The notes under the pieces were generated by a model. That model made no database searches. It had not been told where the DNA came from and saw nothing but the letters and a program-made list of their open reading frames with translations. The position numbers were made by a program, and so were the translations under genes. 64,000 bases of DNA from an uncultured Elusimicrobia bacterium (GTDB lineage: Bacteria > Elusimicrobiota > Elusimicrobia > 2-01-FULL-59-12): the NCBI GenBank assembly GCA_963702895.1, contig OY969767.1:2496001-2560000 (forward strand). Direction: 5' to 3'. Shown here in pieces: positions 39,691 to 47,913 of this stretch. How positions within the stretch are numbered: position 1 is the stretch's first letter; each line of letters begins with the position of its first letter.

Positions 39691-40035
39691 TGATAGTCCT
39701 TTGATCTGACGATGGAGGGCAGGAATTTCATGCGCAATGACATCCCAAATGATGTGCACATCGAGCCCAAAATATTCGTGGGCAATCACATCGCGCAGTC
39801 CGGCAATTTTCCGCCAATCGACTTCCGGGTATTTATCCTTTAAGGATGGAGAGAGTCGCTTGACCGCCTCACCGATGATCATCAGATTGTGGAACACGGC
39901 CTGTGATGTCTTTGGGTCCGCGAAGAAAGCTTCTTTGGAAAAGCCTGCGGAAAACTCAAGAATCCTTTCGCAGGATTGTTGGATGTCTTTTAAGAACAGC
40001 GCGTCTTCACGCGACACGGCGGGCGTCTTCTTCAA
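39661..40035 (-). CDS. Second HepT-like (DUF86) toxin; C-terminus runs into the tRNA relic
   Basis: AVFHNLMIIGEA, VDWRKIAGLRDVIAHEY. Confidence 0.88.
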   Translation of the reverse strand: MKKTPAVSREDALFLKDIQQSCERILEFSAGFSKEAFFADPKTSQAVFHNLMIIGEAVKRLSPSLKDKYPEVDWRKIAGLRDVIAHEYFGLDVHIIWDVIAHEIPALHRQIKGLSRGGLPRADA

Positions 40036-40318
40036 TGAAGGGCCGAATTTCAGGACGAATAGCCGGGCGAGTCAGCAGATCAACGGGGCATCCGAGCAGG
40101 TCCTCCAGATAGAACTTGAGCTTCATGTATTGGTCATAGGTCGGCGGTTTGATGAAATCCACAAGCAGATCCAGGTCACTGTCTGAGCGTTCGTCGCCGC
40201 GAGCAACGGACCCAAAGACATGAAGGGCGGCCACCCCAAAATCCTTCAGGTCTGGTTGAATGTTGTTCATGCGGCTCTTAACCTGTGCAAGATTCACAAT
40301 GGCCCCATTATACTCCAT
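40007..40318 (-). CDS. Second MNT antitoxin
   Basis: VFGSVARGDERSDSDLDLLV, PVDL; start uncertain. Confidence 0.88.
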   Translation of the reverse strand: MEYNGAIVNLAQVKSRMNNIQPDLKDFGVAALHVFGSVARGDERSDSDLDLLVDFIKPPTYDQYMKLKFYLEDLLGCPVDLLTRPAIRPEIRPFIEEDARRVA

Positions 40319-40334
40319 CCCTCATCCAGCCACG

Positions 40335-40367
40335 CACTCGGTACGCCCACCACACACCCACCCCTCC
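40335..40367 (-). pseudogene. tRNA-Ser 5' relic with insertion
   Basis: GGAGGGGTGG[insert]CCGAGTG; same leader (GGGTCGTGAGC) as the relic ending at 42353. Confidence 0.6.
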
Positions 40368-40407
40368 GCTCACGACCCTTCTTGTGCGCCATGCACCGAT
40401 GCACGAC

Positions 40408-40818
40408 TTACCCTTTGATGCGGCCTGCCCAGCTTTCAACCTTGAGTGAGCTGCGATCTGCCAGCCGGTCAAAGTCTCTGTCCGCGTGCAGAAGCGTAAG
40501 CCCATTCTGTAAAGCTTTAAAGGCAATGAGAAGATCCATCGATTTCGCGGACACTCCTTTTCGTGCCAGCCGTGCCCCCCACTCCGCCGCTTCGCTCCAA
40601 TCCGTTTCTAAAAACGGCAATACCTGCAAGCTCCGCAACCGGTGCTTCAGATGCTCCGCTTCCTTGGGGGTCCGGACACCCCGAAGAATCTCAAACAGGA
40701 TGGGGGGGGTGGTCGCTGCCTGATTGTCCAGCACGAGCGAGCCCACGCGATCTTTCAACAAGTCATGCGGCTTGGGACCCAGAACAAATAACCAGGCTGA
40801 TGTGTCGATTAAGAACAA
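40408..40818 (-). CDS. vapC: PIN-domain VapC-family toxin
   Basis: LIDTSAW, E, DLLIA and DRDF acidic tetrad. Confidence 0.9.
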   Translation of the reverse strand: MFLIDTSAWLFVLGPKPHDLLKDRVGSLVLDNQAATTPPILFEILRGVRTPKEAEHLKHRLRSLQVLPFLETDWSEAAEWGARLARKGVSAKSMDLLIAFKALQNGLTLLHADRDFDRLADRSSLKVESWAGRIKG

Positions 40819-40821
40819 GTG

Positions 40822-41019
40822 TCAGGCCCGCGAGCGCGAGAGCTTGCTGGTCGTCCAGTTGAGTCGGTATCGGCTAAACTCCTTGACGAACGTCTTACGC
40901 TCGATCTCCGCAAGGATGTTCCGGAGACCCGCCTCAAGGGCTTCTCTCTGGGAAGCCGCTTTCATGGCGCGCATCGCTTGAACCAAAAGGCGTTCATCGA
41001 TATTGGTCGTAATTTTCAT
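40822..41019 (-). CDS. vapB: VapB-family antitoxin
   Basis: MKITTNIDERLL RHH-like start, directly upstream of the PIN gene. Confidence 0.8.
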   Translation of the reverse strand: MKITTNIDERLLVQAMRAMKAASQREALEAGLRNILAEIERKTFVKEFSRYRLNWTTSKLSRSRA

Positions 41020-41102
41020 TTCATCCTCCTGATTCACTTGAGTATGGCTATACTTGCCATAAAGTATATGGCATCTGTTGCCATATTTCAACAGATGGGC
41101 GC

Positions 41103-41181
41103 CCACTCGGCCTGAGCGCTCTACGTTTATGGCGCTCAGGTGCCGCCTCCTTTGAGAAATAGGATGCGGCGCCATCTCTCC
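41103..41181 (-). pseudogene. tRNA-Ser 5' relic with two hairpin insertions
   Basis: GGAGAGATGG[41111-41171]CCGAGTGG, followed by a possible degenerate TTGAAA arm at about 41081-41102. Confidence 0.65.
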
Positions 41182-41240
41182 AAGATTTTGGCCCGTTCAA
41201 TGTAATCTAGAGGCCATGGTGCATGGACAATTTTTATTGT

Positions 41241-41654
41241 TTATCGAGAGGGCGCAATGAGCGCGATGACAACTCCGGCGAGCAAACATTGAACCATGCC
41301 CCCCACAAACCAGCCCACGGCCATCGAGACCGGAATCGGCACCATAAAATACGTCCCCAGGCTCATGCCCGAGGCCATCAGAAGCCCGATGAGCGCGCCA
41401 AACCGCAAACCCTGTCCGACACGCGCTTTTTGAGGTTCGAAGCCTTTCAGATAAAGAACGGGCAGTATGGCGGCATCGATGAGATACATCACCCACATGG
41501 TCCACATCAGCGCTTGCATCTCTGCCATCGGCCGCCATACGCTCGCTGTCGCTTCATACGCGCTTTTCATGAGAACACCGTGAATCACGAAATCCGTTAC
41601 AAAAAGAACCCCCGCCACCGCCGCCACCGCCGCCAACCATCGTTTCATCGTCAT
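41241..41654 (-). CDS. Four-TM membrane protein
   Basis: Hydrophobic segments, GLRFG motif, AGGAGG RBS. Confidence 0.7.
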   Translation of the reverse strand: MTMKRWLAAVAAVAGVLFVTDFVIHGVLMKSAYEATASVWRPMAEMQALMWTMWVMYLIDAAILPVLYLKGFEPQKARVGQGLRFGALIGLLMASGMSLGTYFMVPIPVSMAVGWFVGGMVQCLLAGVVIALIAPSR

Positions 41655-41673
41655 GTCAAGTTCCTCCTTTTCT

Positions 41674-42057
41674 CTAAATATTGATCGATCCCCCGTTTGC
41701 GCGATTTGGGAATGATACTTCTAAGACGACGCACCCCACGTCCGTTTGGAACGGGCCATGAACCTCTCCGGGTGGCCGACTTGCATAGTGTCCGCTCTCA
41801 AGCCAAAGGTCAAAGGCTTTGTCATAAAGTCTGCCACTGACTACAAATATTTCTTCAGGATAATCGTGGCTCTTTCCCCCCAATGGAGTCGTGTCAGCGC
41901 CAGGGAGAAAACGTGTCAGCCGCGTATACTCTCCCGTTTCCTTGTCGATGCTAAGGGTCACCTCCTCGGCCATTCCCTCAATACCTTGGACGGGGGACCA
42001 ACGAGCGTTTTGAGCCGGTCTCAAGGAGTTCCAGTAAGCGGTTGTTGATTTCGACAT
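41674..42057 (-). CDS. ChrR-like cupin-domain protein
   Basis: HDYPEEIFVVSG...YASRPPGEVHGPF. Confidence 0.85.
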   Translation of the reverse strand: MSKSTTAYWNSLRPAQNARWSPVQGIEGMAEEVTLSIDKETGEYTRLTRFLPGADTTPLGGKSHDYPEEIFVVSGRLYDKAFDLWLESGHYASRPPGEVHGPFQTDVGCVVLEVSFPNRANGGSINI

Positions 42058-42134
42058 GCCGTTTTACTCTTGATCAAAATGTCCTGGGTCAAACCCAGGA
42101 CTTCCCAACTCCATACCACTCCGTTTACAACCTA

Positions 42135-42353
42135 CCTGGGAAACTCCTTACCACATCGTCAACGCCCGACACACGTCCGTCGGATCCGCCCGAAGTGTGG
42201 CGGACGACGGGCGGAGAGCGCCTGGTGTCTGGCGCTCGCGCGGCCCCGTCTCTTGCATCGTTCGTCCCTGGCGAACTTATTGGTCGGGACCGTCCCGGCT
42301 ATTATCGCTCACAATCGCGAGCGTGATAAAGAGGATAGGACGGCCACCCCTCC
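42135..42353 (-). pseudogene. tRNA-Ser 5' relic with multiple hairpin insertions
   Basis: GGAGGGGTGGCCG at 42353-42341; the hairpin block at about 42165-42236 closely matches 37636-37707. Confidence 0.65.
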
Positions 42354-42355
42354 GC

Positions 42356-42631
42356 TCACGACCCTTCCTGGTTTTCGATCGCCTCGAGCGACTGGGCCAC
42401 GGACGCATTGTCGCTGGGCAGGCAAATCACGCGCTCGCGGCCAACCTCGGTCCGCAAAACGGTCAGGACCTCGTCGAGCCAGGACGGGCCGACGGCCAGG
42501 ACCCCGCTGAAGTCGAGCTCGATCCGGTCCCCCGGAGCGGGTTTGAAATAGGCCTTGATGGCGAGCCCCGCTTCCCGGCCGGATGGCCGAGAGGTCAGGA
42601 TTTCCCCGAATTTACGGACTTCGACTTTCAT
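42356..42631 (-). CDS. STAS-like DUF4325 protein
   Basis: LTSRPSG, LDFSGV, SWLDE. Confidence 0.8.
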   Translation of the reverse strand: MKVEVRKFGEILTSRPSGREAGLAIKAYFKPAPGDRIELDFSGVLAVGPSWLDEVLTVLRTEVGRERVICLPSDNASVAQSLEAIENQEGS

Positions 42632-43461
42632 GCGATCCTCCCGTCCGCTATTTCCGCTTCGGCGGGCCCGGCGGCGTTTAACTTATCGCCGCAGGGCCAG
42701 AGCATCAGCGTGACCGTGCCCTTCGTATGATGAAACCGTTTATCCAGCAGCTTGGCGCACCGCTCCCCTTGTTCTCCGTAGGAAACGCGGCCTGTCCCGG
42801 AAATGCAGGCGATGCCCCCGCCCGGAGTCTTCACCATGGTGTTTTTGACAAACTTTAATCCATTCCCCCGCCGCTCCGGCGCCCGGCCGGAAATGATCGT
42901 GTCGAACGCCGCGGTCAAAGCGGCCTGCTCATCCGGCAGTTCGGGATGGACTTTCATCAACGATTGATAGACGCCCTGGCCCCGGTCGGCGATGCAAATC
43001 CAAAGATGACGCCCGGTGACTTGTGATTCAAACCAGCAGCCGGGAACATCCCGCCATTGTCCGAGGTTGTGGTCGAACGAGTTGTTTCCGACTTCGCCCG
43101 CCGTGGAAATCACGAGCGGCAGAAGATTCTCGGGCAGCCCGTTCCTGAGAAAGGATTTTAAATGGGGCAGCCGGGCGGTGAAAATTTCCCGCGTTTCGCT
43201 GACCGACGCCTCCGGGCTTTGGGGCGCCGCCGGGGCGTTCGCCCAACGCGACGCCGCTTCGAAATCCGGTACCCCGGCCAGCGCGTAATAGACAAGCGGG
43301 GCCGACCCTTTGATCTCAAGAAGCCCCTGCTGGGTCAGAGTACGAAGATGGCGATGAATTACCTGAGGAGAGATTTTCAGGATATTTCGCAACTCAAAAG
43401 GACGGATCTTCCCGCTTTTCTCAATGATTTGAAGTATTTTGCCTCGCGTCTCTGTCTTCAT
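42628..43461 (-). CDS. wHTH plus HATPase-like protein, partner of the STAS-like gene
   Basis: N-terminal wHTH; EVGNNSFDH, IADRGQG, RGNGL. Confidence 0.8.
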   Translation of the reverse strand: MKTETRGKILQIIEKSGKIRPFELRNILKISPQVIHRHLRTLTQQGLLEIKGSAPLVYYALAGVPDFEAASRWANAPAAPQSPEASVSETREIFTARLPHLKSFLRNGLPENLLPLVISTAGEVGNNSFDHNLGQWRDVPGCWFESQVTGRHLWICIADRGQGVYQSLMKVHPELPDEQAALTAAFDTIISGRAPERRGNGLKFVKNTMVKTPGGGIACISGTGRVSYGEQGERCAKLLDKRFHHTKGTVTLMLWPCGDKLNAAGPAEAEIADGRIA

Positions 43462-43585
43462 TGTTTATAGTTTACAGTAAACTATAGACTATAGCAATAT
43501 CAGTTTTTCGCCCCCGCCTTGTAAAGGCTCAACCTTGAATCGGTCGAACGTTCAGGCGTATTGTACAACGGCTGTCGGCTGGCGC

Positions 43586-43849
43586 TTAGCGCCGACGGCA
43601 AGCGAGCCGGATGGCGAGAAACGGCGTGAGGAAAAACACGATCACCAGAATCTTGGCAAGCCCGATCCCGCCGTAGGCCATGAGCGCGCATTCATGCGGC
43701 GTGAGGCCAAACCACGCGCCCTGCCGAACGATGAGATCCCGCGCACCGACAAAGGCCGCAAACCACACGAGGACGAAAAAGAATCCGATGAGGATGCACC
43801 AACCCAAGATCTGGCGGATGGTGTTTAAGGTTCCATGGAGAGGATTCAC
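43586..43849 (-). CDS. Small membrane protein (DUF6868-like)
   Basis: LGWC...WF, WFGL, K...FFLTPFLA. Confidence 0.6.
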   Translation of the reverse strand: MNPLHGTLNTIRQILGWCILIGFFFVLVWFAAFVGARDLIVRQGAWFGLTPHECALMAYGGIGLAKILVIVFFLTPFLAIRLACRRR

Positions 43850-44370
43850 GGTGTTTCTCCTTTCGCTTCATAGCGTCCGTAGCGTTCCCAGTGGAGGACC
43901 TCGACGAGCGCGCGTTTGGGTGTGCGAGCCGTCGTGCCGGCTTCGTAGCCCAAGGCGACGAGCGACACCAGCCGGTAATCCTTGGGTGCACCCAGCTTCC
44001 GAACAATCTCTCCGGCATAGGATTTTTTGTCGCCAGCGACCCAGCAGGACTGGACCCCGAGCGCTTCGGCGGCGACGAGCATGTTCTGGGTCGCCGCCGA
44101 GCCGTCTTCGAGATAATACTTCGTGTCCAGGCACAGGACCGCAATGCAGACGGGGGCTTCCGCGATATGCTTGCCGTACTCGGTGAGACCGGCAATCTCG
44201 CTCTTACACTCCGGAGAGGTGATCACGATGAAGTCCCAGGGCTGGACATTGCGGGCGGTGGCGGCCCAGCGCCCCGCGTCGACGATCTGTTCAAGAATCT
44301 CCCGAGGGACGGGATCGGGCCTGAAGCGGCGTACGCTGCGGCGCCGCTGGATCGCCGTTAAGGCATCCAT
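43846..44370 (-). CDS. Nitroreductase-family protein
   Basis: RRRSVRRF, NVQPWDF, QNMLVAAEALGVQSCW, ALGY. Confidence 0.9.
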   Translation of the reverse strand: MDALTAIQRRRSVRRFRPDPVPREILEQIVDAGRWAATARNVQPWDFIVITSPECKSEIAGLTEYGKHIAEAPVCIAVLCLDTKYYLEDGSAATQNMLVAAEALGVQSCWVAGDKKSYAGEIVRKLGAPKDYRLVSLVALGYEAGTTARTPKRALVEVLHWERYGRYEAKGETP

Positions 44371-44386
44371 GGCAGAGGGGACTCCA

Positions 44387-44650
44387 TCATAGGCCGCAGC
44401 CGCCGGGCGAGTCCGCCCCACTGCAGGCTGCGGCACACGAGTCCGCTCGGGCGCAGGCTTCGGCGGACGAGTCCGCGCCTGATTTCGAGGGTTTCGCGCG
44501 ATACTCTTTGGCGCTTTGGTGGCACTCGGGACAAGAGGCGGTGTACTCGCAGCAAGGCCCGTAGAGGGAACTCGTCCATGCTTCGAGCTTGCCTTCCGCT
44601 TCAAAGCGCCGCTCACAGGCCGTGCATTCGAACAATAAAAGTGATTTCAT
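44387..44650 (-). CDS. FmdB-like zinc-ribbon protein with a Cys/Gly tail
   Basis: FECTACERRFE, CPEC, C-terminal ACSG...GGCGL. Confidence 0.65.
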   Translation of the reverse strand: MKSLLLFECTACERRFEAEGKLEAWTSSLYGPCCEYTASCPECHQSAKEYRAKPSKSGADSSAEACARADSCAAACSGADSPGGCGL

Positions 44651-44701
44651 CGGCGGCTCTTTTCTGGGAATGATTTTATCCAAAATCCCGGGAACCGTGC
44701 T

Positions 44702-45292
44702 CTATTCGTCTTCGGCCAGCGCATGGGGATTATGACAAGCGATGCAATCCATTTCCGCCCCTTCAAGAGCCGCATGGGGCTCCAGGCGCCGGAAAGCCCG
44801 GTTGTTGCGGTGGCATTGGAAGCAAAGCTCTTGGATCGTGGGCCGGATCCACAAATGGGGGTTTTTGCCCGCACCGTGTATGGAATGACACGCCAGACAG
44901 GAGATGTCCCGCGTCTCATGGATGCTGCCGACCCATTTGGTCCGCGCGCTCTTCTCGTGGCACTGGAGGCAGAAACGGTTGAGCGCGGCAGAGGACCATT
45001 TCGCCGGTTTGCGGATTTTGGCGAAATCCGGATTCCGTTTGTCCCCTCCCGCGCCGGCATGGAGCGCCCCTGGACCGTGACAGAATTCGCAGGTGTTCTG
45101 GAAATCGATCTTCTTCGCCTTGGGCATGGCCTTGCCGTGCGGGGAATCCTTGAAGCCCGCCATCGACTCATGGCAGGCCAGGCAAGCGTCGGCACCCACC
45201 GACTCCTCACTTGCTGGCGAAGCGGCGCGGGCCCAGCTTGCCGCGAGCAGGGCCACAACACTTAGGATGCGAAACGAGAATGCTTTATTCAT
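44702..45292 (-). CDS. DmsE/MtrA-like multiheme cytochrome c with six CxxCH motifs
   Basis: Signal peptide; CLACH, CEFCH, CLQCH, CLACH, CFQCH, CIACH; HGPG and CHNPH patterns. Confidence 0.85.
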   Translation of the reverse strand: MNKAFSFRILSVVALLAASWARAASPASEESVGADACLACHESMAGFKDSPHGKAMPKAKKIDFQNTCEFCHGPGALHAGAGGDKRNPDFAKIRKPAKWSSAALNRFCLQCHEKSARTKWVGSIHETRDISCLACHSIHGAGKNPHLWIRPTIQELCFQCHRNNRAFRRLEPHAALEGAEMDCIACHNPHALAEDE

Positions 45293-45297
45293 TTGTT

Positions 45298-46662
45298 CTA
45301 CCAGTGATAGCGGATGCCAAGGTCCATCGTGGTCACGTGGACATGCTCCTGGGTCGAAAAGGTGGCGCCCGTGTCCAGGTCCCACTGGCGGGACAGTCGC
45401 CAGGTTAAGCGCGCCGATTCGTCATTATTCTTCCACTTTTTCACGTCGTTCGGGCGTCCGCTGTAGCGGAAGTTCCAGTTCAGGCGTGCCATGAGTTTTC
45501 CCTCCCAGAACGGGAGATCACCCGAGAGCCCTCCGCCATAACCGTCCCCTTCGGCGTCGCTCAGGTTAAACCAGGATGCCGTCAAGAGCGCCCCGCGGAG
45601 CTCCAGGAGCCCTTGGCGACTGAGACTGATTCTCCACAGCGTTGGCGAAAGAGACTCTGGCGACTGGAAAAAGGAGACGTCCCCGTCAGCTCGCAAACCC
45701 CAGGGCAACTTTTCGGATCCTCCCACCCAGTAGCGCCAGGAGCCGCTCGTGAAGTTGTCCGGACCTCCTGCGGCCCGCTCGGCCCGGGTGTCGGGACGTT
45801 CATAATGACTCATGCCGCCGCGCAGCTGAAGGAAAGGGGTGACGGGAGAGAGGCCATAGAGATTCAGCTGCGTGAAGCGCGGCCCCCGGTCAAGCACCGC
45901 TCCTCCAGAATCAAAGTTCAGCTTTGCGGAGACGAAAAGATTCATGAAGCGCGTGAGGTCCGCGCGCTGGTCGTAGAGCAGGGCCAGTTCGTCCGCCTCT
46001 CCTTTGTAGAGCGTCTGCAAAAAACCCAGTGTCCCTGTGTAATACATGTTCCCGCGCGTGCCGGCGTGCGCGGTCGCATAGGCGGAGCCCATCACTTCAT
46101 CACCGGAAACGCTCATGTCCTTTCGGTCAGGTCGGGCGCCCGCCGCCGCTCCAACGCGGAAGGTTGGCGAGGCGACCGTCTCGAGCTGTATTCCATCCAA
46201 GTAACCAAGGCTAGGCAGTTCGACTGGGGCCAGGCGACCCAACCGCGTGAAGCCCTCTTTCTCCCCCTTTCGCGAGAACATGAAGCGTCTGAGGTAGAGC
46301 TTGGGATCGCGGAAATCGGTCGAGACCGAACTAACATTCCCGTCACGATAGGAGACATTGCCTGCCCAAACGAAGGACCAGGGACTTCCGCCCAGCCGTT
46401 CGACGCTGCCGTCTGATACGGCGCGACCTGTCCAATAGTGGGACTCAGGCTGATTCACGGAGTGATACAAGTTCCAGAGCTGCAGCGAGCCGTGTGAGAT
46501 ATTGGAGGACCTACTCGTCACGACGCGTGGGGCATAGGGAGCCAAAAGCGGTGTGAACACATCGTTATCTGTTTCCGCAGCAAAGGAGCTCGCGACCGCG
46601 AACAAGATCGGCGCGAACAACCGATAGGCCCTGACTAGTCTGCTTCTCCGTTGCGGTGACAT
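45298..46662 (-). CDS. Probable outer-membrane beta-barrel (porin)
   Basis: Signal peptide, alternating amphipathic strands, C-terminal LGIRYHW. Confidence 0.7.
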   Translation of the reverse strand: MSPQRRSRLVRAYRLFAPILFAVASSFAAETDNDVFTPLLAPYAPRVVTSRSSNISHGSLQLWNLYHSVNQPESHYWTGRAVSDGSVERLGGSPWSFVWAGNVSYRDGNVSSVSTDFRDPKLYLRRFMFSRKGEKEGFTRLGRLAPVELPSLGYLDGIQLETVASPTFRVGAAAGARPDRKDMSVSGDEVMGSAYATAHAGTRGNMYYTGTLGFLQTLYKGEADELALLYDQRADLTRFMNLFVSAKLNFDSGGAVLDRGPRFTQLNLYGLSPVTPFLQLRGGMSHYERPDTRAERAAGGPDNFTSGSWRYWVGGSEKLPWGLRADGDVSFFQSPESLSPTLWRISLSRQGLLELRGALLTASWFNLSDAEGDGYGGGLSGDLPFWEGKLMARLNWNFRYSGRPNDVKKWKNNDESARLTWRLSRQWDLDTGATFSTQEHVHVTTMDLGIRYHW

Positions 46663-47696
46663 GAATAGCATGCAGGGGAGCTGTAGGAATAACCGGGGAC
46701 ACCTCCGTGGTGACCATCCGTGACAGGCTTGGCATGGCAACCTAGACAGCTGAAATTCGAGGGTGTCCCACCCTGGTGGCACTGCATACAGGTGGACCCT
46801 TTATGGTTTTGCGGGAAAGGGTGATTGAGGCTTGCGCCCGACCAGCTGCCGCCAGCCGTATGGCAGGAGCCACAGGTTGTCGGAAAGCCCACCGTGCTGT
46901 GGTTTGGCGCGCGGTTATAGTCGTCTGCATGACAGGCGTAACAGTTGGGATTGGGGCCTAGGCCACTGTGATCAAAACGGGCCCCGCTGAAAGACACGGT
47001 GCTGTGGCACTTCCAACAAACCGTCGAATAGCCATTGGCGACATGGCTCGGCCCGCGCTGGAAGTCGACCGCATGGCAGGCATAACACTCCGTGGGCGTC
47101 CCCCGGTAGTCGCCGGCCGCGGCGCGACTGTGACATTCCTCGCATTGAAGCGTGCGGTGACGTCCGGATAGAGGAAATGGCGTCCGGGCATGCACATCAA
47201 TCACATTGTCCACCCGCCAGCTATTTTGATTGTGGCAGCGCAAGCAGTCGAGCCCGTTGGACCCGCGGTGCGGGTCGAGGTGGCACCCGGCACATCCACG
47301 CGCCGTATAACCCTTAACGGGTCCACGATCGTTGTGGCAGCGCAGACACACGGCGGAGGCATGCCCGCCCTCCAGGGCAAAACCGGTTTCCTTTTTATGG
47401 TCAAACCGAAAGTCTTCGCGCAGCACGCCCCAGTTTTTGGCGGTGTGGCAAAGACCACAGTCTTTTGGGAACTGTTTGTGAGAGATGACGGGACCCCATT
47501 TTTTGCGGTCCCAGCGGACCCGTTCATCGGCCGCGCTCGCGTGAAGGGAGAGCCCTACGGAGACCATCGTTAGCACGCCTAGCCACGCCGGCTTTCTGCG
47601 CGCAGGCGACGGGCTTGATACGACGATGGGGAGAATCAGTGGCGGCCTCCTGTAGTATCCGGCAGTAAGTCTATTCGTAATTACAGGAACTTCCAA
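46635..47696 (-). CDS. Multiheme cytochrome c with twelve CxxCH motifs (start uncertain)
   Basis: Twelve CxxCH motifs counted; FDH..TGF.L.G.H repeats. Confidence 0.88.
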   Translation of the reverse strand: MEVPVITNRLTAGYYRRPPLILPIVVSSPSPARRKPAWLGVLTMVSVGLSLHASAADERVRWDRKKWGPVISHKQFPKDCGLCHTAKNWGVLREDFRFDHKKETGFALEGGHASAVCLRCHNDRGPVKGYTARGCAGCHLDPHRGSNGLDCLRCHNQNSWRVDNVIDVHARTPFPLSGRHRTLQCEECHSRAAAGDYRGTPTECYACHAVDFQRGPSHVANGYSTVCWKCHSTVSFSGARFDHSGLGPNPNCYACHADDYNRAPNHSTVGFPTTCGSCHTAGGSWSGASLNHPFPQNHKGSTCMQCHQGGTPSNFSCLGCHAKPVTDGHHGGVPGYSYSSPACYSCHRNGEAD

Positions 47697-47751
47697 GGCT
47701 TATTTTGCTTAAGCGGCACCCTAAAATCTGGCGTGGCCAGCCTTCCGGTCT

Positions 47752-47844
47752 CTACTCCGGCTTGACGGGTTCGTTCCAGCGGATGGCGGCGACTTGGCCC
47801 TGCCGGGCGTAGTCGGCGGCCTCCCCCAGGATCCGCGCCGCTTC
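47752..47844 (-). repeat. Duplicated 93-bp 3' end of nrfA
   Basis: 62 bp (47783-47844) identical to 55955-56016; encodes [30 protein letters not shown]. Confidence 0.92.
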
Positions 47845-47913
47845 ATGAAGAGCCTCTTCTCTCTAGCCTAAAAGTTCAGTCGCGATCGACTCCATTTCGC
47901 GGAGTCTTGCCTG

